Counted from the stretch's first letter, positions 1-8,389 are shown. The stretch: 53,836 nucleotides of DNA from an uncultured Chthoniobacterales bacterium (GCA_964247665.1 CAXTVY010000001.1:1-53836); one strand, 5' to 3'. Notes: a model not told the origin generated them from the letters alone. Program-made: numbers and translations.

Positions 1-30
1 GGCCTGGGCGTAGCGGTTGGCGGTGGTCAT
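1..30 (-). CDS. N-terminal fragment of a probable flagellar export chaperone FliS (truncated by window edge)
   Basis: Reverse strand reads ATG-MTTANRYAQA, resembling FliS N-termini (..YAQAY..). It lies downstream of fliD/flgM. Only 10 codons are visible. Confidence 0.4.
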   Translation of the reverse strand, partial: MTTANRYAQA

Positions 31-61
31 GGCAGGAAAAAGGGAGAAAGGGGGTCAGGAA

Positions 62-364
62 TCAATTCGCGGCGAACATGGGGTCAGCGTCGGCGACGAA
101 GAGCCGCGCGAGGCTGCCCGCCACTTCGGCGGAAGGGTAGTTCGGGTCGGCGGCGAGCGCCTTGCCCCGGGCAATGACCTCGGGGCGGGAATCAGGGCAG
201 TTGTTCATGGCTTGTTGGATTGGCTCGAAGACGCCCAGGCTCAGCGGGGAGGTGCGCGCCGTTTCGGACGTGGGACGCGCCGCGGTGGTTTCCCGGCTGC
301 GGGCGGTCGCGGAAGCGGGTTTCGACGGCGGGACCGGGGAAGAGGAGAAGCTGGAGATTTCCAT
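62..364 (-). CDS. FlgM-like anti-sigma28 factor
   Basis: 100 aa with a low-complexity S/T/P N-terminus. The C-terminal PDSRPEVIARGKALAADPNYPS...LA resembles the FlgM sigma-binding tail (R.EKV..LK..I..G.Y). Flagellar context supports it. Confidence 0.55.
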   Translation of the reverse strand: MEISSFSSSPVPPSKPASATARSRETTAARPTSETARTSPLSLGVFEPIQQAMNNCPDSRPEVIARGKALAADPNYPSAEVAGSLARLFVADADPMFAAN

Positions 365-409
365 GGCGGCGTGGGAGAAAAATGGGGGCGGAGTCGTCGG
401 CGCGTGGCG

Positions 410-1069
410 TTACCGCGGCAGGGTGGCAAAAGTGGCGTTGGCAGCGTAGCGGGCAAATTTGGCGGGGCTCAGCAGCACGTCGCTGCCGTCCTGGTTGGCG
501 GGAAATTCCCCGCGGCCTTCCTCGATGCCGTAGCGGCGCGCCGAGTTGGCCACGGCCGGGTTGCCCGCGTTGAACACGGCGTCCGACGACCACAGCGTCG
601 CCAGGCTGCCGCTCCGTGCGTCGATGAGCTTGGCGCGCACGCCCAGCGTGATCGGGCGGTACGGATCGTCCTGCGTGATGTCCACGAACATGACGGCCTC
701 GGCGGCGTACTCACCCCGGATGGCTGCCAGCAGGCGCGGCGGCAACGGCTCGGAGGAGTTGATCTGGTCGCGTCCGCACAGGGAGACGAGTTCGTTGCGG
801 CTGATCGTCACCACCTCGAAGCGTCCGGCGGCGTTGAGTTCGGTGGAAAAGTTACGGTCGAGATCCTGGCGGCGGTCGGTGTTGGCCAGCCCGTCGTAGG
901 GCGGCAGCAGCACGGCCCGGCGCAGCCCCAGCGCAGCGTAGGGCTTGTACACGTTGCGCGGCACGAACCCCGCGCCGACCGGATAGTCCGGACGCTTGTC
1001 CACCCCGCCGAACGTGCAACCCGTCAGGGTCCATCCTGCCGCCAGGCCTAGAAGAAAGAAACGGTTCAT
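410..1069 (-). CDS. Lipoprotein of unknown function in the fliD operon (alpha/beta, possibly LpoB/CsgG/FlgO-like fold)
   Basis: Signal peptide with lipobox LTGC at residue 18. Starts 22 bp after the fliD stop, on the same strand. Confidence 0.7.
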   Translation of the reverse strand: MNRFFLLGLAAGWTLTGCTFGGVDKRPDYPVGAGFVPRNVYKPYAALGLRRAVLLPPYDGLANTDRRQDLDRNFSTELNAAGRFEVVTISRNELVSLCGRDQINSSEPLPPRLLAAIRGEYAAEAVMFVDITQDDPYRPITLGVRAKLIDARSGSLATLWSSDAVFNAGNPAVANSARRYGIEEGRGEFPANQDGSDVLLSPAKFARYAANATFATLPR

Positions 1070-1091
1070 GGAGTGCTTCCAGTTCGCGCGG

Positions 1092-2840
1092 TTACGAGGC
1101 GGTGGCGGTGCCCGTGGTCGTTGTGCTGCCGCCGCCGAAGGCGTCGGTCAAGGCTTGGCCGGCTCCCTTGGAGGTCGCCTCCGCTGCCTCCATCGCGGTG
1201 AACTCCGCCGTCAGCGAGGCCTGTTCGGCGGTCAGCTTGCGTTCCATGGCGGCAACCTGGTCCGTCAGCGAGGAGTTGCGGCTGTTGAGCGTGTTCGTCT
1301 GCGTGGTGATCGTGCCGGTCGTGCTGGTCGTCTTGGTGATGAAGCCGTTGAGTTGGGAAGCCAGTCCGTTCGTGCTGTTCTGGAAAAAGTTGGCGACCGC
1401 CGGGCCGTTGCTGGCCAGCGCGCTGGACAACGCGGTGGGGTCTTTGATCGCCAGCGTGGACGTGCCGGAAACGAAGTCGATGCCGAAACTTTGCAGGCGC
1501 TGGGCGATTGCTCCGTTGGCACCGGGCACGGCCGTGAAGGCCAGCGAGCGCAGGTTGGAGGCCATATCGCTGATGTCGTGGTTGCCTGCCAGGATGGCCG
1601 AGGAAACCGTGCCGTCCGAACCAACGGTGACCGCTGTGTCCGCGGCGATGGTGGTCTGGATCGCGTTGTACTTGGCGATGAAATCGTTGATGGCCGACAT
1701 CGCGCCCGTGCTGTCCGAGTTGACGGTGACGAGCGACGTGCCCGTGGTTGCCGCCGTGACGCTCAGGCCCGTGGAGGGATCGGTCAGCGTGTTGCTGTGG
1801 CTGGTCTGGGTGTCGCCTCCGTTGATGGAAAACTGCGCGTCCTGGCCGCCGACCAGCGTGGCGCTGCTGCCGACCCCGAGGGCGTTCAGGAAGCCGTTGC
1901 TCGCGTCCGTGACCGAAAGGCCGAGGTCCCCCGTGGTCTTGTCGGTCAGCGTGAAGCGGTCCTTCGTCACGTCGTAGGAGGCGGTGACGCCGGCGGACGA
2001 GTTGTTGATGCGGTTCATCACCGACTGCACGCTGTCCGTGTTGACGTTGAAGGCGATGGCCGTGCCGTTGATGGAAAAACTGCCGTTGCCGCTGGCGTCG
2101 GTGCCGCCGATGGCCGCGCCGAGGTTCGATTGCGCCAGCGGCTTGCTCAACTGCGTGGAGCCCAGCGTGCCGGTGCTGCTGACGCTCGCGCTCCCATTGT
2201 TGGAGAGCTTGAAGACGGAAAGGAAGTTGCTCGTGTCGTTCGACGCCCCGAGCACCACGTTGCCGCTGGTGCTTTGCAGCGAAACCTTGTCCGTGGTGGG
2301 ATCGTAGCTCGCCGCCACCGTGCCGTTCGTGGCCGTACTGATCTTGTTGAAGACATCCTGCACGGAGTCGGTCAGGGAGACAGAGACTGTCGCGCCGTTG
2401 ATCTGGAAGTTGCCCGCCGTGACCGCCGAAGCGGTGGGCAGCGTGGCGAGGGTAAGCCCGCTCACGTCGCTCGTGGCGCTGAGCGCGCCGCCCACATGGA
2501 TCGCGCCCTGCCGGGCGGCGGCGGCGGCCAACTGCGTGACGGCGACGTTGTAGCTGCCGTTGGGCGTGGTGGCGGCACCGGAGGCAGTCCAGCCGAGACT
2601 GCCGTTGCTCAGGCTCGTGTTATGCGCGGTGAAGAGCGATGAGTCCTGGAGTGCCGAGAGGGAGCTTTGCAGAGCGGTGAATTGCGAGTTGAGCGTGGCC
2701 AGCGCGCTGATCTTCGACGTGTTGGTCGTCTGCTCGGTCTTCATTGCCGTCTCGGGCGTGCGGTCGGCGTCGACGAGTTGGGTGACCAGCGACGACCAAT
2801 CCACGCCGGAGACGAGACCTGAGAGTTGGATGGCGCTCAT
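1092..2840 (-). CDS. fliD: Flagellar filament cap protein FliD
   Basis: N-terminal GLVSGVDWSSLVTQLV..., YNVAVTQLA, GQDAQFSING, and a C-terminal coiled coil ...LTAEFTAME. These match the FliD_N/FliD_C pattern. Confidence 0.93.
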   Translation of the reverse strand: MSAIQLSGLVSGVDWSSLVTQLVDADRTPETAMKTEQTTNTSKISALATLNSQFTALQSSLSALQDSSLFTAHNTSLSNGSLGWTASGAATTPNGSYNVAVTQLAAAAARQGAIHVGGALSATSDVSGLTLATLPTASAVTAGNFQINGATVSVSLTDSVQDVFNKISTATNGTVAASYDPTTDKVSLQSTSGNVVLGASNDTSNFLSVFKLSNNGSASVSSTGTLGSTQLSKPLAQSNLGAAIGGTDASGNGSFSINGTAIAFNVNTDSVQSVMNRINNSSAGVTASYDVTKDRFTLTDKTTGDLGLSVTDASNGFLNALGVGSSATLVGGQDAQFSINGGDTQTSHSNTLTDPSTGLSVTAATTGTSLVTVNSDSTGAMSAINDFIAKYNAIQTTIAADTAVTVGSDGTVSSAILAGNHDISDMASNLRSLAFTAVPGANGAIAQRLQSFGIDFVSGTSTLAIKDPTALSSALASNGPAVANFFQNSTNGLASQLNGFITKTTSTTGTITTQTNTLNSRNSSLTDQVAAMERKLTAEQASLTAEFTAMEAAEATSKGAGQALTDAFGGGSTTTTGTATAS

Positions 2841-2882
2841 GGAGGTGAAATCAGAGAAGCCGCGAAAACGGGCATCCTCTCT

Positions 2883-2909
2883 TCATCGGCACGATTGTTG
2901 CGGAGTTAA
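2883..2909 (-). promoter_or_regulatory. sigma28 (FliA) promoter of fliD
   Basis: Reverse strand TTAA-N15-GCCGATGA versus consensus TAAA-N15-GCCGATAA, about 45 bp upstream of the fliD ATG. Confidence 0.7.
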
Positions 2910-2948
2910 GCGAAAAAATCCGCGTGCGTGAACGGGCGGATCATTCCC

Positions 2949-4850
2949 ATGGCTACCCTCACCACGACCTCCCTGGAACAAGCCCACCGCCTGCACCGCG
3001 CCGGACGACTCTCGCAGGCGGAATCCGTCTACCGGCGCATCCTGCGCGAGGACTCACGGCAGGGCGACGCGCATCAGGGGTTGGCCGTGTTGGCCTACCA
3101 ACAGGGAGACGATGCCGCGGCCGTCGGCCATGCGCGGGCGGCCATCGCGGCGGACCCGGACGTGCCCGCCTATTACATCCACCTGGGCAACGTCTGGCGG
3201 CGGATGCGGCGCAAGACCGAGGCCGTGGCGGCGTACTTCCGTGCGGCGGAGCTGGACCGGGAAAACTTCGAGGCGCTCTACCAGTTGGGCTCGCTCCTGT
3301 GCGAACTCCTGCGCCCGGATGAAGGCGCGGGCGCGTTGCGCCTGGCGGTCACCCTGCAGCCGAACCACGCCCCGGCGCACCTTTACCTCGGGCTCTGCCT
3401 GGAACGCCTGGGCCAACTCGACGCGGCTATCGAGCAGTACCTCATCACCCTGCGCCTCCAGCCTGAGAACCCCCGCGCCTACCTGATGCTCGGCGGCGCG
3501 TTGTTCAAGACCGGGCACGTCGTGGAGGCCGATCTGGCCTTTCTGCGTTCGCTGACGCTCGATCCCCGGCAGCCCTCGGCCCATTCTCGGCGGATCGCCG
3601 CGTTGAACTACCGTTGCGACCTTTCGGCGCGCGCGGTCGCGGACGCCCACCGGGAGTGGGACCGGATGCACGGTGCGCCGCTGTGGCCCGAGGCAGCGGA
3701 ATCCTCCCCTCCCCGCCAGGAGCGCGACCCGGCGCGCCGCCTGCGGGTCGGCTACGTCTCGCCCAACTTCTTCCGGCATTCGGTCAGCCACTTCCTGCTG
3801 CCGCTGCTACGCGCCCACGACCGGAGCGAGTTCGAGGTGTTTTGCTACGCGGAAAGCAGCGTCGTGGACGAAACCACCACCGCCCTGATGGGCGCGGCGG
3901 AGCACTGGCGGACCACCCACGGCGAAGCGGACGAAACGGTGGCCGCACAGATCCGCGCGGACGGCATCGACGTTCTCGTCGATCTCGCCGGGCACACCGG
4001 TGACAACCGGCTGCTCGTCTTCGCGCGGCGGCCCGCACCCGTACAGGTGAGCTGGCTGGGCTACCCGCAAACCACCGGTATGAAGGCGATGGATTACCGG
4101 CTCAGCGACGCCGTGGTGGAGCCGCCCAGCGAGGCCGACGCGCTCAGCGTGGAGGCGATTGTGCGGCTGCCGCATGGCTTCCACTGCTTCGGACGACCCG
4201 GCGAGGACCCGGCCGGCGACGGCTGCGAGGGCGAGAGCCTGGAAATCGGCCCTCTGCCCGCGCTCGCAAACGGCTTCCTGACCTTCGGCTCGTTCAACAC
4301 CGTGCAAAAGATGTCCCCTGCCCTGGTCAAAGCCTGGGCGTTCATCCTCAAGCACACGCCGGGTTCGCAGTTGTTGCTCAAATCGCTGCCGGACGACGTG
4401 ATCGCTGCGGGCTTCCACGCTTTGTTCGCCGCGGAAGGCATCGAGCCCACGCGGGTGGAGTTCCTGCGCTGGACCGGATCGCGCGCGGACCATCTGCGGC
4501 TCTACAACCGGATGGACATCGCGTTGGACCCCTTCCCCTACAATGGCACGACGACCACCTGCGAGGCCCTGTGGATGGGCGTGCCGGTGCTGACCCTGCG
4601 CGGGGACCGCCACGTCTCGCGGGTGGGCGCGAGCCTGCTGACACGGATCGAGCTGGCGGACTGGGTGGCCGACAGCGAGGAGGCCTACGTGCAGCAGGCG
4701 CTCTGGCGCACCGGTGATCTCCTGCATCTGGCTCGCCTCCGCGCTGGCCTGCGCGAGCGGATGCGCCGCTCTCCGCTCTGCAATGCCCCGGCTTTCGCCC
4801 GTGACATGGAAGCGGCTTTCCGGGGGATGTGGCAGGCAGTGCAAGCGTGA
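2949..4850 (+). CDS. TPR-repeat O-GlcNAc transferase / SPINDLY family glycosyltransferase (GT41), likely a flagellin glycosyltransferase
   Basis: N-terminal TPRs, then RLRVGYVSPNF..HSV, DVLVDLAGHT, PAPVQVSWLGYP.TTG, FGSFN...K, DIALDPFPYNG.TTTCEALWMGVPV. Start re-picked at ATG 2949 (the ORF track starts at GTG 2928). Confidence 0.9.
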   Translation: MATLTTTSLEQAHRLHRAGRLSQAESVYRRILREDSRQGDAHQGLAVLAYQQGDDAAAVGHARAAIAADPDVPAYYIHLGNVWRRMRRKTEAVAAYFRAAELDRENFEALYQLGSLLCELLRPDEGAGALRLAVTLQPNHAPAHLYLGLCLERLGQLDAAIEQYLITLRLQPENPRAYLMLGGALFKTGHVVEADLAFLRSLTLDPRQPSAHSRRIAALNYRCDLSARAVADAHREWDRMHGAPLWPEAAESSPPRQERDPARRLRVGYVSPNFFRHSVSHFLLPLLRAHDRSEFEVFCYAESSVVDETTTALMGAAEHWRTTHGEADETVAAQIRADGIDVLVDLAGHTGDNRLLVFARRPAPVQVSWLGYPQTTGMKAMDYRLSDAVVEPPSEADALSVEAIVRLPHGFHCFGRPGEDPAGDGCEGESLEIGPLPALANGFLTFGSFNTVQKMSPALVKAWAFILKHTPGSQLLLKSLPDDVIAAGFHALFAAEGIEPTRVEFLRWTGSRADHLRLYNRMDIALDPFPYNGTTTTCEALWMGVPVLTLRGDRHVSRVGASLLTRIELADWVADSEEAYVQQALWRTGDLLHLARLRAGLRERMRRSPLCNAPAFARDMEAAFRGMWQAVQA

Positions 4851-4886
4851 GAAATCACCTCCGGGAAAGTTTTCTCACTTTTCCAC

Positions 4887-4913
4887 TAAAGGAACCCGCA
4901 GGTCGGCCGATGG
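4887..4913 (+). promoter_or_regulatory. sigma28 (FliA) promoter of flagellin
   Basis: TAAA-ggaacccgcaggtcg (15 nt)-GCCGATGG, about 95 bp upstream of the flagellin ATG. Confidence 0.85.
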
Positions 4914-4948
4914 AATGATTCACGCGGTTGAAACCACCTGCGCCGAAA

Positions 4949-4997
4949 GGCGGCAAGGACGCCGCCCACAACACACAACCAGCACCCTTCAAGGAAG
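4949..4997 (+). promoter_or_regulatory. Two putative CsrA-binding sites in the flagellin 5'UTR
   Basis: Hairpin GGCGGC-AAGGAC-GCCGCC (4949-4966) presents ANGGA in the loop. A second site, CTTC-AAG-GAAG (4987-4997), overlaps the Shine-Dalgarno region. Confidence 0.6.
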
Positions 4998-5006
4998 ATA
5001 CCCATT

Positions 5007-5819
5007 ATGTCAGTTGTCATCAACACCAACGTCGCAGCGAACCAGGCCGCCAGCAACCTCGATAGCGCCAACTCCATGCTCCAGAAGAGCCTGGCCCGCC
5101 TCTCCAGCGGCAAGCGCATCGTCAACTCGGGAGACGACGCGGGCGGCCTCGCGGTCTCCATGCGGATGACGGCGGCCATCGCCCGCACCGATGCCGCCAA
5201 CTCGAACGTGGCCAACGCCGTCAGCTTCCTGCAAACGCAGGATGGCGCGATGGACACGGCCGGCCAGGTCCTCAACCGCATCAGCGAACTGAAGACCCTC
5301 TCGACCGACGTGACCAAGAGCCCGGACGATGTCGCCAACTACGACAAGGAATTCACGGCCCTCTCAGCCCAGCTCACGAGCCTCACGAGCACGAAGTTCA
5401 ACGGCGTTGACCTGTTCTCCAGCGGCGCGACGGCCTCGACCCTCGCCGTCGGCACGAGCGAGGACGGCTCCCAATCCGTGAACATCAGCAAGTCCACCAT
5501 GGCCAACGACGTTTCGACGATCTCGGCCGCGACGGACCTCGCCAGCCTCGCCGTCAGCGACATCACCGGCGCCTTGACCAACGTCGCCACCTCCCGCGCC
5601 CAGAACGGCGCCGAGAGCAGCCGCCTGAGCTACGCGAGCGACATGCTCACGACGACCTCCAACAACCTCTCCGCCGCCAACAGCCGTATCACCGATGTGG
5701 ACGTGGCCAAGGAAAGCGCGAACTTCGCCAAGTACAACGTGCTCGTCCAGGCCGCCACCGCGATGACATCGCAGGCCAACAGCAGCAGCCAGGTCGCGCT
5801 CAAGCTCCTCAACGCGTAA
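5007..5819 (+). CDS. fliC: Flagellin (minimal, 270 aa)
   Basis: INTNVAA...LARLSSGKRI...DDAGGLA, QTQDGA, KFNG, and C-terminal SRITDVDVAKE...LVQA...QAN...LKLL. Confidence 0.97.
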   Translation: MSVVINTNVAANQAASNLDSANSMLQKSLARLSSGKRIVNSGDDAGGLAVSMRMTAAIARTDAANSNVANAVSFLQTQDGAMDTAGQVLNRISELKTLSTDVTKSPDDVANYDKEFTALSAQLTSLTSTKFNGVDLFSSGATASTLAVGTSEDGSQSVNISKSTMANDVSTISAATDLASLAVSDITGALTNVATSRAQNGAESSRLSYASDMLTTTSNNLSAANSRITDVDVAKESANFAKYNVLVQAATAMTSQANSSSQVALKLLNA

Positions 5820-5906
5820 GCAAAAATCTCTCCCACACCTGAAGCATCCGGCCACCTTCACCCGGGCCGGTGCAACGAAGCGGGCTTCCTGTCGTGCCTC
5901 CCCGGG

Positions 5907-5934
5907 CACGGCGGGAGGCCCGCCGGTGTTTTTT
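5907..5934 (+). terminator. Intrinsic terminator after flagellin
   Basis: GGCGGG-AGG-CCCGCC stem, extended by CAC/GGTG, followed by TTTTTT. Confidence 0.65.
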
Positions 5935-6052
5935 GGGGTCTTTGGCCCCGGTGGCAAAGAGACTGCTATAGAGAGGTGAACCACCACGGCTCCAGAGTAA
6001 ACGGGCCACCCACCCCGCCCCGTCCGCGTCTGCCCCGTCCCTTCTCCCCACC

Positions 6053-7483
6053 ATGATTTTAGAGAAGGTCATCGTCCTCGACGACGAACTCATCATCCGC
6101 AAGAGCATCGAAGAGCAGCTCCGGCGCAAGCGATACTCGGTCGTGACGGCTGCGACGATGGCCGAGGCCGAGAGCCACCTGCGGCGCGACCACTACGACC
6201 TCGTTTTCGCCGACGTGCACCTGCCCGACGGCAACGGGATCGACCTCCTGCGGCGGCTGGCCCAGCAGCCCGACAAACCCGTGGTCGTCATCATGACCGG
6301 CCAGGGCTCCATTGAGTCGGCCGTGGAGTGCATGCGTGTCGGGGCGTTCGATTACGTCATCAAACCCTTCTCGTTGAGCCAGATTTCGATGATCGTCGAG
6401 AAGGCGGAAGCGTTCAGCCAGGTCGTCAAGGTCAGCCAGTACCTCAACCAGGAGCAGGCGCAGGGCACGGGGCTGGCCGGCGAGAGCCCGGAGATAGCCC
6501 GGCTGCGCACGATGATCTCCAAGGTGGCCCCGACGGACGCCACGGTGCTCATCAACGGCGAGAACGGCACGGGCAAGGAACTGGTCGCCAACGAGCTGTT
6601 CAAGGCCAGCGGCCGGGCCCAGGCCCCGTACATCAAGGTCAACTGCGCGGCCGTGAGCGAAACGCTCATCGAAAGTGAATTTTTCGGACACGAAAAGGGA
6701 GCGTTCACCGGGGCCAACGACCGGCGCGAGGGCCGCTTCGAGCTGGCGCACGGCGGGACGATCCTGCTCGACGAAATCAGCGAGATTTCGCCCAAGGTGC
6801 AGGCCAAGCTGCTGCGCGTGTTGCAGGAGCGGGAGTTCGAGCGGGTGGGCGGCAACAAGACGATCCAGGTGGACGTGCGCGTGCTGGCCACGACGAACCG
6901 CAACCTGCAAAAATCCGTCGATAACGGTGACTTCCGCGAGGATCTGTACTACCGGCTCAACGTGTTCCCGCTGAAGGTGCCGCCCCTGCGCGAACGGCAG
7001 GGCGACGCCGTCCTGCTGGCGCAGCGCTTCCTGGAGCGCTCCTGCCGCCGGTATGGGGCGAAGATCCGCGGCTTCTCCCCCGAGGCGGCGGCGGCCCTGG
7101 CAGGCTATGCGTGGCCCGGCAACGTGCGCGAGCTGCAAAACCTCGTCGAGCGCGCGGTGATCCTGGCGGACGGCCCGACCATTGAGGCAGACACGCTGGG
7201 TTTGCCATCCGTCAGCTCGCATCCGAAGCCCGTCCCGGCACCCGCCGTCCCGGCAAACTCTGCCCCGCCGGTGCCGGTAGTGGAACTGGGCAGCGACGGG
7301 TTGGCGTCTCTCGACGAGATAGAAAAACAGCATATCCTGCGGGCGCTGGACCGGACCGCCGGCAACCGGACACAGGCCGCGACCCTCCTGAAAATCAGCA
7401 TCCGCACGCTGCGCAACAAGCTGCATCAGTACAAGATAGAGAACGGCAGCAATGTGGCCGAGGAAGTGGAAGCCGCCGGGTAG
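6053..7483 (+). CDS. sigma54-dependent response regulator (REC-AAA+-HTH_Fis; FleR/FlgR/FlbD-like flagellar activator)
   Basis: REC domain with LDDE and phospho-Asp in FADVHLPDG. Walker A GENGTGKE, GAFTGA, Walker B LLDE, WPGNVREL, and C-terminal HTH GNRTQAATLLKISIRTLRNKL. Confidence 0.93.
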   Translation: MILEKVIVLDDELIIRKSIEEQLRRKRYSVVTAATMAEAESHLRRDHYDLVFADVHLPDGNGIDLLRRLAQQPDKPVVVIMTGQGSIESAVECMRVGAFDYVIKPFSLSQISMIVEKAEAFSQVVKVSQYLNQEQAQGTGLAGESPEIARLRTMISKVAPTDATVLINGENGTGKELVANELFKASGRAQAPYIKVNCAAVSETLIESEFFGHEKGAFTGANDRREGRFELAHGGTILLDEISEISPKVQAKLLRVLQEREFERVGGNKTIQVDVRVLATTNRNLQKSVDNGDFREDLYYRLNVFPLKVPPLRERQGDAVLLAQRFLERSCRRYGAKIRGFSPEAAAALAGYAWPGNVRELQNLVERAVILADGPTIEADTLGLPSVSSHPKPVPAPAVPANSAPPVPVVELGSDGLASLDEIEKQHILRALDRTAGNRTQAATLLKISIRTLRNKLHQYKIENGSNVAEEVEAAG

Positions 7484-7528
7484 GCCGGTCGGGTTTCCGG
7501 AGGCGGCAGTGATCAGACACATGGCACA

Positions 7529-7544
7529 TGGCACGTTGGCTGCT
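7529..7544 (+). promoter_or_regulatory. Putative sigma54 -24/-12 promoter
   Basis: TGGCACG-TTGG-CTGCT with correct GG/GC spacing. Flanked by two further TGGCAC copies at 7522 and 7545. Confidence 0.55.
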
Positions 7545-7600
7545 TGGCACGGCTGGAGCCACTGCCGGGCTACCGGCTCTTACTTTTTGCTCTACTCCTG

Positions 7601-8107
7601 ATGGCCCCTATCCTCATCAATTGCGCCGCCTCGCTCGCCAGCGATCTGATCGACGGCATTTCCGACAAAATGGCTGCGTCCTCCGCCCAGACGGCCAATT
7701 CCAGCACCGCCGCGGCGGGCACGGACTTCGCCACGACGCTCGCCAACGTGCAGCAGACGCCGGCCGTCCGCGCGGCGGCCTTGGCGGACCAGCAGGCTGC
7801 CTTGACGAGCAGCCTCATGGCCAGCCCGGAAATCACTTCCGCGCTGGCGACGGCCGATCCGTCGAAGGGTGCTCAATTGGAGATTGGTCCATCCGGTTCG
7901 GTCGGTGTACGCAATGCGAGCGGCACCCTCAAGCCGGTGAATCTGACTGACAAAACACGCGCCCTGGTCACGCAGCTTTACGGAATGCGCCAGCCAGCCG
8001 CGTCACCGGGCATGGCACCGGGCCTCAACGGGCCGTCGCTGGTGCTCGCGGTGGACCCGACACATGCCAGCACTCCCCTGTGGAGCACGCTGCCAGCGCG
8101 GAGCTAG
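7601..8107 (+). CDS. Hypothetical protein in the flagellar cluster
   Basis: Open frame with GC3-biased codons. Start re-picked at ATG 7601, downstream of the sigma54 site. No recognisable family. Confidence 0.65.
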   Translation: MAPILINCAASLASDLIDGISDKMAASSAQTANSSTAAAGTDFATTLANVQQTPAVRAAALADQQAALTSSLMASPEITSALATADPSKGAQLEIGPSGSVGVRNASGTLKPVNLTDKTRALVTQLYGMRQPAASPGMAPGLNGPSLVLAVDPTHASTPLWSTLPARS

Positions 8108-8355
8108 GTTTGTAGGGCAGGCACTCCGCCAGCCGGGTAACGGCGCGTCGCTTGGCCATTGCATCTGCTTCCCGCTGGATTCTGAATTTATCGTCCCACG
8201 ACGCGGTCGGCGAAGCGCCCGCCCTACAATCAGAAAAACCCGCCGGGTAAAAGTTGCCCGTCGGCCTCCACGCAGATTTAGGCAACCGGCAGGAAGTTCC
8301 TCGCGGAGCCGTGCGCCCTCTCAGGCTTGGCAGAATCATGCTATTTATCTCTCTG

Positions 8356-8375
8356 CAATGCAACTAGTTGCATTG
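8356..8375. promoter_or_regulatory. Perfect 20-bp palindrome upstream of the flgB promoter
   Basis: CAATGCAACTAGTTGCATTG is its own reverse complement and lies 14 bp before the -24 box. Confidence 0.6.
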
Positions 8376-8389
8376 ACAGACCATTGTGC

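Noticed and set aside
4925-4985. c-di-GMP-I (GEMM) riboswitch resemblance in the flagellin leader (AAACC...GAAA...GGACGC)
   Set aside because: The following AAAGC junction and the P3 stem with tetraloop receptor are missing, and the downstream sequence is unstructured A/C. An Infernal search with RF01051 would settle it.
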